Shown: positions 26,860 to 39,969, numbered from the whole stretch's first letter. The stretch: 63,670 nt of DNA, filler included, from Octopus bimaculoides (GCF_001194135.2; 9 parts of 8 records of this genome joined end to end with filler, not necessarily neighbours in it); one strand, 5' to 3'. Program-made: numbers and translations. Notes: generated by a model not told the origin, from the letters alone.

Positions 26860-28774
26860 CATACCTACATACGTACACATGAACTCTCAGGCAATCACTA
26901 TATGTATGTATGCATAAATATGTGTATGTGTCTAAGATACATGTAAATATGTGTATAGGTGTGTAAGTATCTATATATGTATATGTATATGTAAAGCCAC
27001 TCACCTGATGACGTGCGAATACACAGCTTTACCTGGATCATGTTGATATAATATATATATACAATAATATCATAATATGTGAAACATTCAGCTAGTGTTG
27101 CTAATGCACAGAAACAATCGTTCTGGTTTGGATTGAAGCCTGTTCGCTCCATCTTCTTTTATTATAATTTTTTGTATGAACTGTGCGTACACTAAGGGAT
27201 TTCTACATATATATCCAGTAAAAATTCCTGCTTTGATAGCATATGATAGCCGATAACTACAGATGAGCTTTTAAATGCACGTTATTAGGTAGTTGCCCCG
27301 TAGTTATTAAATATATGTGCGTGCATGTGTATACACACACACACACACATAGATATATATATATATGAATGCAATTATGCATGTATGTGTGTATTTGTAT
27401 ATATTTCATGTATATGTACACACATATTTCTCCATATACATACATGTGTGTGTGTTCTTTCATGGTACTTCTTTTATAAACGTTGGTAAAATAAAATGGA
27501 TGAACGAAGCAAACAAACAAAGTGATAATAAAAAAAAATACAAAAACAGAAAGAAAGAATCAACCAATGATAATAAATGAAGCAACGCAGAGACAGAATA
27601 AATAGAATATATATATANNNNNNNNNNNNNNNNNNNNNNNNNNNNNNNNNNNNNNNNNNNNNNNNNNNNNNNNNNNNNNNNNNNNNNNNNNNNNNNNNNN
27701 NNNNNNNNNNNNNNNNNNNNNNNNNNNNNNNNNNNNNNNNNNNNNNNNNNNNNNNNNNNNNNNNNNNNNNNNNNNNNNNNNNNNNNNNNNNNNNNNNNNN
27801 NNNNNNNNNNNNNNNNNNNNNNNNNNNNNNNNNNNNNNNNNNNNNNNNNNNNNNNNNNNNNNNNNNNNNNNNNNNNNNNNNNNNNNNNNNNNNNNNNNNN
27901 NNNNNNNNNNNNNNNNNNNNNNNNNNNNNNNNNNNNNNNNNNNNNNNNNNNNNNNNNNNNNNNNNNNNNNNNNNNNNNNNNNNNNNNNNNNNNNNNNNNN
28001 NNNNNNNNNNNNNNNNNNNNNNNNNNNNNNNNNNNNNNNNNNNNNNNNNNNNNNNNNNNNNNNNNNNNNNNNNNNNNNNNNNNNNNNNNNNNNNNNNNNN
28101 NNNNNNNNNNNNNNNNNNNNNNNNNNNNNNNNNNNNNNNNNNNNNNNNNNNNNNNNNNNNNNNNNNNNNNNNNNNNNNNNNNNNNNNNNNNNNNNNNNNN
28201 NNNNNNNNNNNNNNNNNNNNNNNNNNNNNNNNNNNNNNNNNNNNNNNNNNNNNNNNNNNNNNNNNNNNNNNNNNNNNNNNNNNNNNNNNNNNNNNNNNNN
28301 NNNNNNNNNNNNNNNNNNNNNNNNNNNNNNNNNNNNNNNNNNNNNNNNNNNNNNNNNNNNNNNNNNNNNNNNNNNNNNNNNNNNNNNNNNNNNNNNNNNN
28401 NNNNNNNNNNNNNNNNNNNNNNNNNNNNNNNNNNNNNNNNNNNNNNNNNNNNNNNNNNNNNNNNNNNNNNNNNNNNNNNNNNNNNNNNNNNNNNNNNNNN
28501 NNNNNNNNNNNNNNNNNNNNNNNNNNNNNNNNNNNTATATATATGCACATATGCACATATGCATACAGAAACTGAGTCACATAATATTGTTACTTATGGA
28601 AACACAAAACCACAAGTGAAAAAGTCGATACTACTTTTAAGTCGACTGAAATGAGTTACACAGACACACACACTCACCTACACACATTCACACACATATA
28701 CACACATATGTGTGTGCGTGTGTGTTTGTATACAATCATATATACATTTCTATATGTGAAATATATATATATAC

Positions 28775-28808
<34 letters not shown>

Positions 28809-28974
28809 CTGTGTGTGTGTGTGTGCGTGCGTGCGTGTGTATGTGTGTATGTGTGTGTATATATATATATATANNNNNNNNNNNNNNNNACATATACACA
28901 CATATGTGTGTGCGTGTGTGTTTGTATACAATCATATATACATTTCTATATGTGAAATATATATATATACATAA

Positions 28975-29296
28975 AAAGGTCATGAATGACCATGAATGAC
29001 CATGGAATTGCACCTAGAAATTTACCCTCCGAGGCACAGGTCTGGGCAAGGTTGTTTATGGAAGACCAGCAGTCGCCCATCCATACCAGCCTCTCCTCTC
29101 CACACCACTGATGTTATCCTAGGGAAAGGCAAAGGGGCCGATACAGCTTGACACCAGTGATGTCACAACTCATTTCTACAGCTGAGTGAACTGGAGCAAC
29201 GTGAAATAAAGTGTCTTGCTCAAGAACACAACACCCAGCCTGGTCAGGGAATCGAACTCACAACTTCACGATCGTAAGCTCAATGCTCTAACCACT
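28975..29296 (-). mobile_element. tRNA/CORE-like SINE family D
   Basis: Minus strand: AAGTGGTTAGAGCATTGAGC...GAGTTCGATTCCC head, TTCTTGAGCAAGACACTTTATTTCACGTTGCTCCAGTTCACTCAGCTGTAGAAATGAG CORE-like block, tail ending in CATGGTCATT repeats. Confidence 0.8.
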
Positions 29297-29453
29297 TATT
29301 TATAAAGGGAATAATAGTAAACGGCGTTCCGTTAAATGATAAGTTGAAAGACAGTGAATATACAAATTGGAAACAGACTGCGAAGGTCACCAAATCCTCA
29401 TCAAGCATTGGCCAGAAGGTCAAATGCAATTTCGTACCACAGAGAGAGATATA

Positions 29454-29490
<37 letters not shown>

Positions 29491-29651
29491 NNNNNNNNNN
29501 NNNNNNNNNNNNNNNNNNNNNNNNNNNNNNNNNNTTAATTAATTAANNNNNNNNNNNNNNNNNNNNNNNNNNNNNNNNNNNNNNNNNNNNATGATGGCAA
29601 AAATGTCTCATTTAAGATTGAGACAATGTCAAGTTGTAGCTTTGTTTAGAG

Positions 29652-29935
29652 CAGAGGTTCTCAAACTTTTTGGGCCCCACCCTCATAGGCACATAATGTC
29701 CCCCCACCCCTATTTTTATGTGTAAATAAATATTTTATATTTTACTAATTTATATAAACTATGAATCATTTGATATTTAATATAATATTATAGTAAATTC
29801 ATAGCGTCCCCAATCCACTGCCTTCCTCCCAATGCCTCCTTTTTCCCTACCACCCCCACCCCTTAGACACCAGCGTCCACCTGAACCCTCTCAACATCCA
29901 CCGGAGAGCGGTAGCGCCCGCTTTGAGAACCTATG
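29652..29935. mobile_element. hAT (Charlie-like) MITE
   Basis: TIRs CAGAGGTTCTCAAA / TTTGAGAACCTATG; 8-bp TSD GTTTAGAG / GTTTACAG. Confidence 0.85.
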
Positions 29936-30049
29936 GTTTACAGGAAGAGTTGCTTTACCAACATGTGGAATCTCAAAACCCTGTGCTTCATAATAAGAAA
30001 AGTCGTGCCTTCCTCAGTATTGCATACGGCACAACATTTGTGTGTGTAT

Positions 30050-30266
30050 CATTAGCATATCATGGCAGAATGATAAACATGTCAGACAAAATACTAAGCG
30101 ACATTTTGTCTGTCTGTATGCTCTGGGTTCAAATTCTGCCGAGGTCAACTTTGCCTTTCATCTTTTCGAGGGTTGATAAATTAAGTACCAGTTATGCACT
30201 GGGGATCAATGTAATCGATACATCCCCTCCCCCAAAATTTCCCGGCCTTGTGCCAAGATTTGAAAC

Positions 30267-30332
<66 letters not shown>

Positions 30333-30545
30333 GGTAGCGAACTAGCAGAATTGTTAGGACATCAGGCAAAATGCTTTACAGTATTTTGTCGGTCTTTATG
30401 CTCTGAATTCAAATTCTGCTGAGGTCGACTTTGCTTTTCATCCTTTTAGCGTCGATAAAGTAAGTACCAGTTGAACACTGGGGCCAATGTAATTGATTAA
30501 CTCCCTCCTCTAAAAATTTCAGGCCTTGTACCTTTAGTAGAAAGG

Positions 30546-30548
<3 letters not shown>
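30050..30548 (+). mobile_element. Two tandem SINE family A copies separated and followed by (ATT)n
   Basis: Copies at ~30050-30268 and 30331-30548. Confidence 0.88.
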
Positions 30549-30594
<46 letters not shown>

Positions 30595-31344
30595 CTGATC
30601 TGTTTATAATTAGTGTTTATAATCTGTCCTGTTTGCGCCTGTTATAACAACATGCCATCTGTCTGTTTTTAAAATTCCTTTTCACTCGGCCATCAAGTAT
30701 TATCTAAGAAATATGAAACAAACCAATCACGTCCAACATTCCAAATATTTTCAAAGCACCAATCGCATTTTTACGAATTACTTTTCTCTGAACTTTCATC
30801 CATGACCACCCCATCATATTATATATATGACGTCAGATCCGTCGTTCCTGTTTTGACGTGGTAGGTCGTAAGTTGAGAGAGATTTAGCTGCTATTTCTAA
30901 CAGCTTTAGTGACCACATAAGGGACTCTTTTGACGAGTTCTATTTCCAAGGGAAGTGACTCTGTGCATATAATAAGAGTTAACTCCCTTGAAATATTTAT
31001 AACTCCAGAAATCCCTTACTTTACAGACATTCCTGAACATCTGCGTAACGCGAAATCTCATTATGCAAGATTCGTTATCCGATTGATTTTCATGTTGTTA
31101 AGTGATATTACGTTCCTATCGACTTTTTCGAAGAAAACAAAAGAGAGCAAGACGATCACTTTTATACACGAAAATAACAATTCCTAAACATAAACGGTGC
31201 AATTTAGATGCATAAAAACACAAAAAACCTCAGGGAATTAATAAGAATCGAGATATCGTAAGAGATCGTTCTTACCACAAAAGATGTTGGCAACTGAGTG
31301 AGGAGGAGGAGGAGGAGGAAGACGGACAATCTTTATTATTTTAT

Positions 31345-31960
31345 AGTTCATTATCACAAACATTAGTTTGAGGGATGAAGAACTTATCCAGAGTTGTTTG
31401 TTGTTTATGATGTTCCATTGCTTTCTGCAGCTCCGTAGAGGAACTGAGCTCATTGTAAACTCCTTTTGTTATTTCTATGTTAGGTTCATGATTAGGGTCC
31501 TTATCAACAAAAACCTTCAGACCTTCCTCGATAACTGCCATTTATCGAGCAATAACTTTATAGTCAATTTAAGGTGGTGTAGGTGAAACTTCCATTGTCT
31601 CATCTGTATTCTCAGCTTGTACTTTTTCTAAAAGCATCAGCTCCTTGTTAGATAAACTTTCTCTCTGGGACGCTAGCATCTCAATCACATTGTCCTTTAT
31701 GACTTCTTCAAAGTCTACATCCTTTGCAAGTGTCACAATATCTTTCTGAATTTGATGTAGATTTTCCGATTGTGGAAAACTTGTGATGTCATGGATATAG
31801 TCTGGCCATATTACTTTTCCAAGCACCATTCGAAGTTGAAGGTTTCAGTTCATCCTATGACTCAGTTATATTATCAACAGCATCTGTTATGTTGAATTTC
31901 TTCCAAAAATCTCTGACTGTAGGTTTTTCCTCCCTGTCAGTTACTTTCACAAGTCGTTTG
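31345..31960 (-). mobile_element. pogo/Tigger transposase C-terminal relic
   Basis: KPTVRDFWKKFNITDAVDNITES; IVTLAKDVDFEEV...LSNKELMLLE; KQQTTLDKFF. Confidence 0.85.
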
Positions 31961-32144
31961 AGAGTTCTCATATAATATGCTTTGAAGTTAGCCATTGGTT
32001 AGCACTGATAACAGCTCCAACAACAATGATTATAGCACAACCAATGATGTCCCCCCATGCCAGCATTAATGGCACCAACACCAACAATATCAGCACCAAC
32101 AACAATGGAAGCAACAGCATCAACATCAACAGAAACAGTGTCAC

Positions 32145-32460
32145 CAAAACCCACACATCAGATGTTCCGAAAACACATTGAAGCAGTGCCTCTCCAACCA
32201 CAGATCCTCTTTCAGAATCCCAGAGAGGAGATATACTACGTCGTTAGCCAGTCATGTATGGTGGCTGAAAGACAAAGGAACTCCTCCAAGCATAATATCA
32301 TGGAAGATTCTAGAAAACCCAGGCACCTACATAAATGGAACCAAGTGTTGTAAGCTGTGCATAGTCAAGCAGATGAGGATATTAAAGGATTCCCTCAACC
32401 TGAGAAACATCCTTAACTGCAGAACACAAGTTTTCAGACCCTGCTTGCACTTCAGGAAAA
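32145..32460 (+). mobile_element. Penelope-like GIY-YIG endonuclease relic
   Basis: THIRCSENTLKQCLSNHRSSF...TTSLASHVWWLKDKG...ISWKILE...KCCKLCIVKQMRIL...ILNCRTQVFRPCLH. Confidence 0.8.
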
Positions 32461-32689
32461 TACCTGCTGACGTCCTGGGACCCACAAGCCAACAGGGTCA
32501 ATTTTGGATAGCATTTTAAAGGGAGACACTCCCTTGTTGTTGACAAAAAGTAGTGAAGTCTTTTTCTCCTCCATTTTCTAGAGAGGCCATTAGCCAACGA
32601 GTTTAGGGATGTGAAAAGCAGGATAACCCCATAAACTGGCCATATCTATTTTTATCTACACACACACACACACACATTTATGTATCATC

Positions 32690-32920
32690 ATCATCGTCAT
32701 CATCATCATTTAATGTCCATTTTCCATGCTGGTATGGGTTGGACAGTTTGACAGGAGCTGGCCAGGCTGGAAAACTGTCCAGCATCCAGTTGTATGCTGC
32801 GGCATGGTTTCTATGGCTGGACTTCACAGAGTGTGCTAGGTGCTTCTTACATATCACTGGCACGTGTGCATTCTCATAGCACTGGCACAAGTGCATTGTA
32901 CATGGCACCTGCACCTGCAA
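32690..32920 (-). mobile_element. RTE-associated 3' tail fragment ending in (GAT)n
   Basis: CATCATCATTTAATGTCCATTTTCCATGCTGGTATGGGTTGGAC is the reverse complement of the tail type at 34530-34590. Further copies at ~48975-49065 and ~45412-45440. Confidence 0.75.
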
Positions 32921-32924
32921 AGGA

Positions 32925-34590
32925 TGCATTTATATTATGGATCTGAGCTCAGTTAATTAGGAAGAGAGTTAGCATAGATGAGGTGCAGTTTGGATTTTGC
33001 CAGGTAGAAGCACCACCGATTCTTCCTGGTGAAGCAATAGGAGAAGTATCTGGCTTTTGTTAACATGGGGAAAGCCTCTTACAGGGTCCCCTACTCCCTT
33101 ATCTGATGGGCAATGTGGAAACTAGGGATAGGTGAGTGGTTAGTGAGAGCTGTACAAGCCATGTACAGGGATGCGGTCAGTGAGATGAAAGTATAGCAAG
33201 GAATTTAATGTACAAGTAGGAGTCCACTAGGGATCAGTTCTTAACCCCCTCTTGTTTATCACAGTCCTCCAAGCTATAACTGAGGTATTTAAGACTAGCT
33301 GCCCTTGGGAGCTCCTCTATGTCAATGACCTTCTTATTGCTGAATCACTAGCAGAAATTTCAGTTATGGAAGCAAGAACTGGAATCAAAGGGCTTTAGAA
33401 TTAATTAAGCCAAGACCAAAGTCTTGGTAAGTAGGAAAACAGACAAATCACAGATCCCTTCAGGAAGATAGCCCTGCTCAATATGGAGAAAAGGTGTCAG
33501 GAGAAACTCCATGTGGTGTAATGAATGCAAGCTGTGGATACATGAGAGGTGCAGCAGTGTCACTGGAAGACTAACAGAGAAAACAGTCGTTACATGTGAC
33601 TGATGTGCAGGGACATTAAACCCCAGGAGTTTACAAAAAATAGACTCCCTCAAATGTCAGGGGGAGATCCTTAGACGCAGTAGACAGTTTCTGTTACCAA
33701 GTTAATAGTGGAGGTGGTTGTTCTGAAAGCATAGCTTCTAGAATAAGAATAGGTTGGGTGAGATTCAGAGAGCTACTACACTTTTTTTGTAACAAAGGGC
33801 CTCTCCGCCAGAGTGAAAGGCAGATTGTATGATGCCTGTGTGTGAACAGCCATGTTGCATAGTGGTGAGACATGGCTGTGACTACTGAGGATATGTGAAG
33901 GCTTGAAAGAAATGAAGCCAGTGTGCTCCACTGGATGGGTAATGTCAGTGTGCATACAGGCCAGGGTGTAAGCGATTTGAGAGAAAAACTTGGTACAAGA
34001 GGCATCAAAAGTAGTGTGCAAGAGAGAAGACTGCGTTGGTATGGTCATGTAATGCATATGAATGAGGAGAGTTGCATCAGGGGGTGCCATTCTCTAATTG
34101 TGGAGGGAAAAAGGGGAAAGGGGTAGACCCAAGAAGGTGTGGATGAAGTGGTGAGAAAGGATCTTCAGACATTGGACCTTCCAGAGGGGACAACAGGGGA
34201 CTGAGACTCCTGGTGGTTTGCTGTGCTTGAGAAGACCCTTCAAGCTAAGTAAAATCATGGTTGTGTGCTGCTTGCATACAGGGGCATGTGCCCTGCATTC
34301 CTCTTCTGCTGGGTGTTCTGAACCTTGCAGGCTTGTGGGTGCTGGTGCCACATAAAAAGCACCCGTGCCAGTGCCACGTAAAAGCATCCATGCTGTGTAA
34401 AAGCATTTGGTACACTCTGTAAAGTGGTTGGTATTAGAGAAGGGCATCCGGCCATAGAAACCTTGCCAAAACAGACAAATGGGGCTGAGGCAGCAGCTCT
34501 TCAGCTGGTCAGCTCCTGTCTGACCACTCAGTCCATCAATCCATCTCAGCATGGAGAACAGACGTTAAATTATGATGACGATGATGGTGA
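32925..34590 (+). mobile_element. RTE LINE, 5'-truncated (RT domain, 3' UTR, GAT tail)
   Basis: IDEVQFGF; GSVLNPLLFITVLQAI; CPWELLYVNDL; AMLHSGETWL; VQERRLRWYGHVMHM; GKRGKGRPKKVW, all with stops or frameshifts. Confidence 0.92.
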
Positions 34591-34626
34591 TGTGCATGCG
34601 TGTGTTTATATGTATGTATGTATGTG

Positions 34627-34721
<95 letters not shown>

Positions 34722-34846
34722 CAGCATAGAAAATGGACATCAGATGCTGATTTATATACACTACATCTGGTCTATATGTAACCTATATGGTGTCTATAAC
34801 TAACCTATATACAATGTTTATCTAATATAGTTACAGTGTGTATGTG

Positions 34847-34932
<86 letters not shown>

Positions 34933-35599
34933 ATATATAGACTATATTTCGTGAATATTGTATAATGAAAAGGTGTTTATCCTTTCAGAAGAATCTATTC
35001 TTCCTTCTGTTTTTCTCAGCATAAAATATTTGAGATAAACTCCACGGCCATTTTGCATATAGTTAATAAAAATCCTTTTAACGAACTTAAATGAAATTCA
35101 ATCTGTGCACTTTCTATAATGTATGAAACGAGTCATTCCCTCTCGTTTATGGATCTCCAAAATCACACAAAGTGTCTTAGGTTGAAGCTTCAGAGTTGCC
35201 TTTCAACTGACATCAGAAATAGCAGCTGAATCTCCCTCGAACAACAGCTGTGTTGGGAAATGAGAGTTCTTGTTGATTATTATAGTCCTACACTTCTAGA
35301 TACACAGGACGGTCATGGGGGGAGTGGTGCTGATCACAGAACTCCTCCATGATGTAAAGCTACACGACAACAACAATAACAACAGCAACAACATACAACA
35401 AAAACTACAAGAATAAAACAACAGTCGCAAAACAACAAAACCAATGAAAGTCACAACAACAATTTTGTTGGATGATATCAAAGGAAATAAAACTAGGAAA
35501 GTAGCAAGGAAAAGGTAGAGGTGATTAGATGGCTTTCATGCATGACTAGAGAAGGGGTGCGAATCTCCCGAGGTAGGAGAGACGAGAAGGAAGTAGAGG

Positions 35600-36210
35600 G
35601 AAGAGGTTAAATTCACTCAAATATTTGAAGCAAAGCCACAATCTGTTCAGCGCAGTAAAATACAGTGAAGTCGGAATTCCCTTGAACTAATGGGGACATA
35701 ACTCTGTATGGCTTTACTGTTTCTGGAGTTTCTTCCCATCTACAACAAAAATTATGACTTGCTCGAGAACATCCCCGTTGGGTTTTAAGCATAACTTTGT
35801 AACATTCACTGGTGTGGCCATGCTGGGGCTCTGCTTCGAAAAGTTTCGTCCTATCTTTTAAAAAAAAGTCTAGGGTGACACTGCATAATACCAAAGATCC
35901 TGTCTTCTTCATTTCAGACAGGTCCCAGTATTTCAGCAGCTTGGGTCTCAGGGGACAACAACTTCTTAATATCTTGCCAAACAACCTCAGAGATTTGAGA
36001 AGTGTAGATGTGGAGGCCTTCAGAAAACACCTGGACCAATTTCTGAAATCCCAGACGAGCCCACATCTGCACAGGAAGCACAAACAAGAGCAGCTCCATC
36101 TAACTCACTTCTTCACCAAAAACTGTACAGAAAAGAAACCCCAAAACACTGAAAGGCGGTGCTCCAGTATGGCCCCAGCCTCTAGCTGAAACCAATAAAA
36201 GAATGCCTAT
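35600..36210 (+). mobile_element. CR1-group (CR1/L2-like) LINE 3' fragment
   Basis: SLGLRGQQLLNILPNNLRDLRSVDVEAFRKHLDQFL..PDEP, then UTR AAAGGCGGTGCTCCAGTATGGCC...CTGAAACCAATAAAAGAAT. Confidence 0.75.
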
Positions 36211-36281
36211 TTTTACAAGCTAATTTTGTGAAACTACTTAATCATGAGGATGTAAACAAACCAACACTGGTTGTCAAGTGG

Positions 36282-36323
<42 letters not shown>

Positions 36324-36559
36324 TATGTATGTATGTATGTATGTATATACATACACACACATTACTAATTTACCGAAAAAAATAAATAACTAAATGAGTG
36401 GAAATCGAACTGGTGAGTTTGTTAATTAATTAGGCATTAAAACAGAATGACTCTCCCAAGACACAATAAAATATGCTTTAACACACGAATTCACATAAAG
36501 AATCTTGCATCTTGCAAACCTAATATAAAAGCAAAATATATATACATATATATATATAT

Positions 36560-36725
36560 AGGCACAGGAGTGGCTGTGTGCTAAGAAGCTTGCTTACCAA
36601 CCACATGGTTCTGGGTTCAGTCCTACTGCATGCCACCTTAGGTAACTGTCTTCTACTATAGCCTCGGGCCAACTAAAGCCTTGTGGGTGGATTTGATAGA
36701 AAGAAACTGAAAGAAGCCTGTCTTA
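36560..36725 (+). mobile_element. SINE family B, 5' half
   Basis: GCACAGGAGTGGCTGTGTGCTAAGAAGCTTGC...GGAAACTGAAAGAAGCC-type sequence matching 11293-11410. Confidence 0.85.
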
Positions 36726-36727
36726 TG

Positions 36728-36759
<32 letters not shown>

Positions 36760-36799
36760 CCACATCTCAGTCCTGCCAATTGTTTACAAACAAGCCTGC

Positions 36800-37090
36800 A
36801 AATGTACAAGGGTTACGGGTCAGTGCAGATAGTACATTTGCAGCTGCTTTTCTCCTTTGCCTTTCACCCCAAACCTGTTAAAACTGGTTAAAACGTGTTT
36901 CTTATACCATTATGGCAAGATGATCTCCATTTCATTTGCTCAAATCTATTGTGAGCTATCTTGACCGCTAAGAGGTCACTCTTCAGCCTGTCCTTATATC
37001 TAAGTTATGGTCGACCAACATTCGTTTTGGCAATATGACAAGCCCAATGCAATTGCAACTGCATAAGGGAGCACTTGATTCCACCAATTG
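36800..37090 (-). mobile_element. RTE (BovB-like) 3' coding relic
   Basis: MQLQLHWACHIAK...GRP*LRYKDRLKSDL...KWRSSCHNG. Confidence 0.65.
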
Positions 37091-37124
37091 TCTTTAAGGG
37101 AATAACTGTAGATTGTCCTGAGAC

Positions 37125-38740
37125 AGCCTTTGTGGAAGACACCAAGTTGGTTAGGGCCTCTCTTTCAGAACAAAACACAGATTGCATGATGCCTGTGTGC
37201 AAACAGCCATGCTACACAGCAGTGAAACATGGGCTGTGACTGCAGGGATCATGTGAAAGCTCGAAAGAAATGCAGCCAATAAACTTCGCTAGATATGCAG
37301 CAGCAGTGTGCATGTACAACAAAGTGCAAGGTGCAAGTGTCTTTAGAGAAAAACTGGATATAAGAGGCATCAGATGTAGTGTGCAAGAGAGAAAACTGTG
37401 ATGGTTTGGTCATGTAATGCATATGGATGAGGACAGCTGCATAAAGAAGTGCTGATCACTGAAAGTGGATGGGACTCGTGGTAGAGGTAAACTCAGGAAG
37501 ACATGGGATGAGGTGGTGAAGCATGATCTACGGATGTCAAGTCTCACGGAAGTGATGACAATTGATCGAGACTGTAGTGAAACCTCTCTCTCGAGCATTC
37601 AATCATAAATGATAACGAAGCGGCTAACATCTAGCCTTCAGCTGCTTTGGACCCTTCTGTTCACCACCCTGATTGGTTCTTATTTGCGCGGCAACTGTCC
37701 CCAGTTCTGCTTCGCGCCAGGATTCATACCGTCCAATAGTGGCCTTCTAATAAGGTCACATGAGAGAGTGATTTTTGCCTGTTCCCTGGAGCCCCCTGTA
37801 CATCTATAAATAAGCCTGTTTGAACCCACCAGTCGTCTTCGATTCCAGATCTCTCACAGGTCTGGTTGCTGACCACACATACAGAACACAGCTACAGCCA
37901 TTTCCAGCACCGACATCTTCACCACCTATGTACTGACTACCACAATGTCGTCGCCAGCAACACCACTACCAGAATACACACCAATATCAACAAACGCGGT
38001 TTTATCTTGACACTGTATGAGTGGATTAGAACCAACCTGCGAGACTATTCTATACCAGGTAACTGGTCACAGCATCGACACTCAACACACACATATTGTG
38101 ATACCACAGCTCTGCTCTTTGGCCACAACTTCCTGCGTATGAACATTCTATCTCCTTGTGTAACTCTTATACGAACTGGTTTTTCTCTATCTCAGTGTTT
38201 AAGACTTTTTGTAGTCTATGTTACAGACACTCTTTCTATGTTCTGTGTTCCTCTCACTCACACACACACTTGTACTCTCACATATTGTGCACACAATCTT
38301 GCTTATATGGCAGTCCATCATTTCATATTTGTTGTATACATACTCTTGTACACGAAGGCCTGACTTATCTACTGTGTTATTTATATATGCCGCATGCATG
38401 CACACACAGACACAAGCAGTTTCACTATGTTAATAAACTTACTCTTTTTATATATATATATATCGGTTGTCTGTCCTACTCTCTTCTTTTACTGGCACTT
38501 GGCTCGTATCTCTCATGACGAGCCTTCTTATATTATGTTTTTTATGTTCGACCGTGTGACGCGTGAAAAGGAGCCTTTTCCGTCTCATCGCCATTCTCCT
38601 TTGGTTCGCACGGTCGTTCTATTACAAGACCTTTGGCAATTTGCTGTGCTTGAGAAGACAAATTAAGCAAAGTGAAATCATAAAAGGCACCCCCACCGGT
38701 GACATGTAAAAGGTATCTGTGCTGGTGACACATAAAAGAA
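37125..38740 (+). mobile_element. RTE LINE 3' fragment interrupted by a solo LTR
   Basis: 37125-37572 matches 33780-34200 (e.g. CATGGGCTGTGACTGC, GTGCAAGAGAGAAAACTG). It resumes at 38627 with AGACCTTTGGCAATTTGCTGTGCTTGAGAAGAC. Confidence 0.85.
37573..38626 (+). mobile_element. Solo LTR (1054 bp)
   Basis: TG...CA termini with imperfect inverted ends TGTAGTGAAAC / GTTCTATTACA; 4-bp TSD AGAC (37569-37572, 38627-38630); TATAAATA at 37805; AATAAA at 38432. Confidence 0.88.
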
Positions 38741-38899
38741 CTGCTTGGGGAATAGAGCTGAGGTGATCCAAACATTTTACTTTGATTTCCATAGAAACAA
38801 GCAGATGAGATTTGAAGACATCTTTCATTATTGGCAGAATGTCAGAATAAGAGAAAAAATAAGAAATAGTTTAGTGCTCTAGTATTTAAAATGGCCATA

Positions 38900-39090
38900 T
38901 CCAACCCAAATATTTTGTACCTGTTTTATGTTCAACCCGTCAGATCTGACTTCTCACACTTACCCTACAATGTCATTCTAAAAATAAACAATCACATCAC
39001 TGAAATCTCAAAGCTACCAGATAACACATGATTAATTGAAAATAATGTGAATAAACAAGCCATATATTTGAGAAATATATGCTAAAGAGT
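38900..39090. mobile_element. piggyBac-like MITE fragment (TTAA end)
   Basis: Ends ATGCTAAAGAGTTAA. Similar to 49080-49276, which ends GAATGCTAATGGGGTTAA. A related other-end piece lies at ~39490-39600 and ~50090-50250. Confidence 0.55.
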
Positions 39091-39969
39091 TAAGTTTCAA
39101 GTCTCCAGTGACTGTTGCTCACAATGACAAAGTAGGACAACATTTTATTGTTTTATACCCTGGCTCATTTCTTTCTTCTCCTTTTAGCCAGGAATCACAT
39201 GTTTAAGCTAGATTTCTGAATATTTACAGATCTCTTTAAAAGCCCTCAACTCAGTTGCAAGTTGCAATGCAGTTTGGCTGTCAACACTCACTGACGTGGA
39301 GATCCAAGTGGGTCTTTTTTTAAAAATATTTCCAGCCACTCCTGAGACTTTCTCACCTTGCTCTGCTTTCAACTCTTTGAATTAATTTAACACCTTTTGC
39401 TAAAGCAACAGCCTGTGGAACCAGTGACAACTCAGCCGCTTTCAATTTCTTCCCCATTTTTAATGATCTTATTTTAAGTCCATCTCCAGCCTTTTCTTAC
39501 CATATTTCTCTTGAACAATACATTCTTTATTTCAATTAATTTTGAAAATAATAAAGAATTCACTGAAATATCCTGGTCATTACTAAGCTGCTAATTGGGA
39601 CATAAATTAACATGGAATTTCAATGGGAAATTTTAATTTTGATTATTTTTATTTAAAGTGTTTATATCTAGAAGTAGGGGTGGTCCTCGGTTGGTATCAA
39701 AGGTTAAATAAGAAATGTTATACTTGCTCAAATGTTACATGGCAAATTTTTATTTTGTCAAATTGCTTCTTTAGGATTCTTAAAGTTGATAATTCAAGTC
39801 AAAATGATTCCACATTTTTTCCTCGTCTTTTTTTGTTCTTTTCTATTTTTAAATGATTTTGGCTGTTATTTAGTACAATATTGTGTTTCCTTATAATTTT
39901 GTTCATTAGGGGAATATAAACATTATGTATGTATATATGTATCTATGGGATGTATGTATGTATGTATGT

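Noticed and set aside
27005-27030. CTGATGA hammerhead-like start (also at 8374 and ~17160 minus)
   Set aside because: No correctly placed stem II plus GAAA and stem I can be built.
28700-28975. ~75-bp direct duplication around a 17-N gap
   Set aside because: Most likely overlapping contig ends. A similar case flanks the gap at 22207-22438.
31276-31293. 18-nt minus-strand microexon with a strong pyrimidine tract and GTAAGA
   Set aside because: The CCT tract adjoins the Tigger C-terminal region, where such repeats are typical. It shows how easily false exons arise here.
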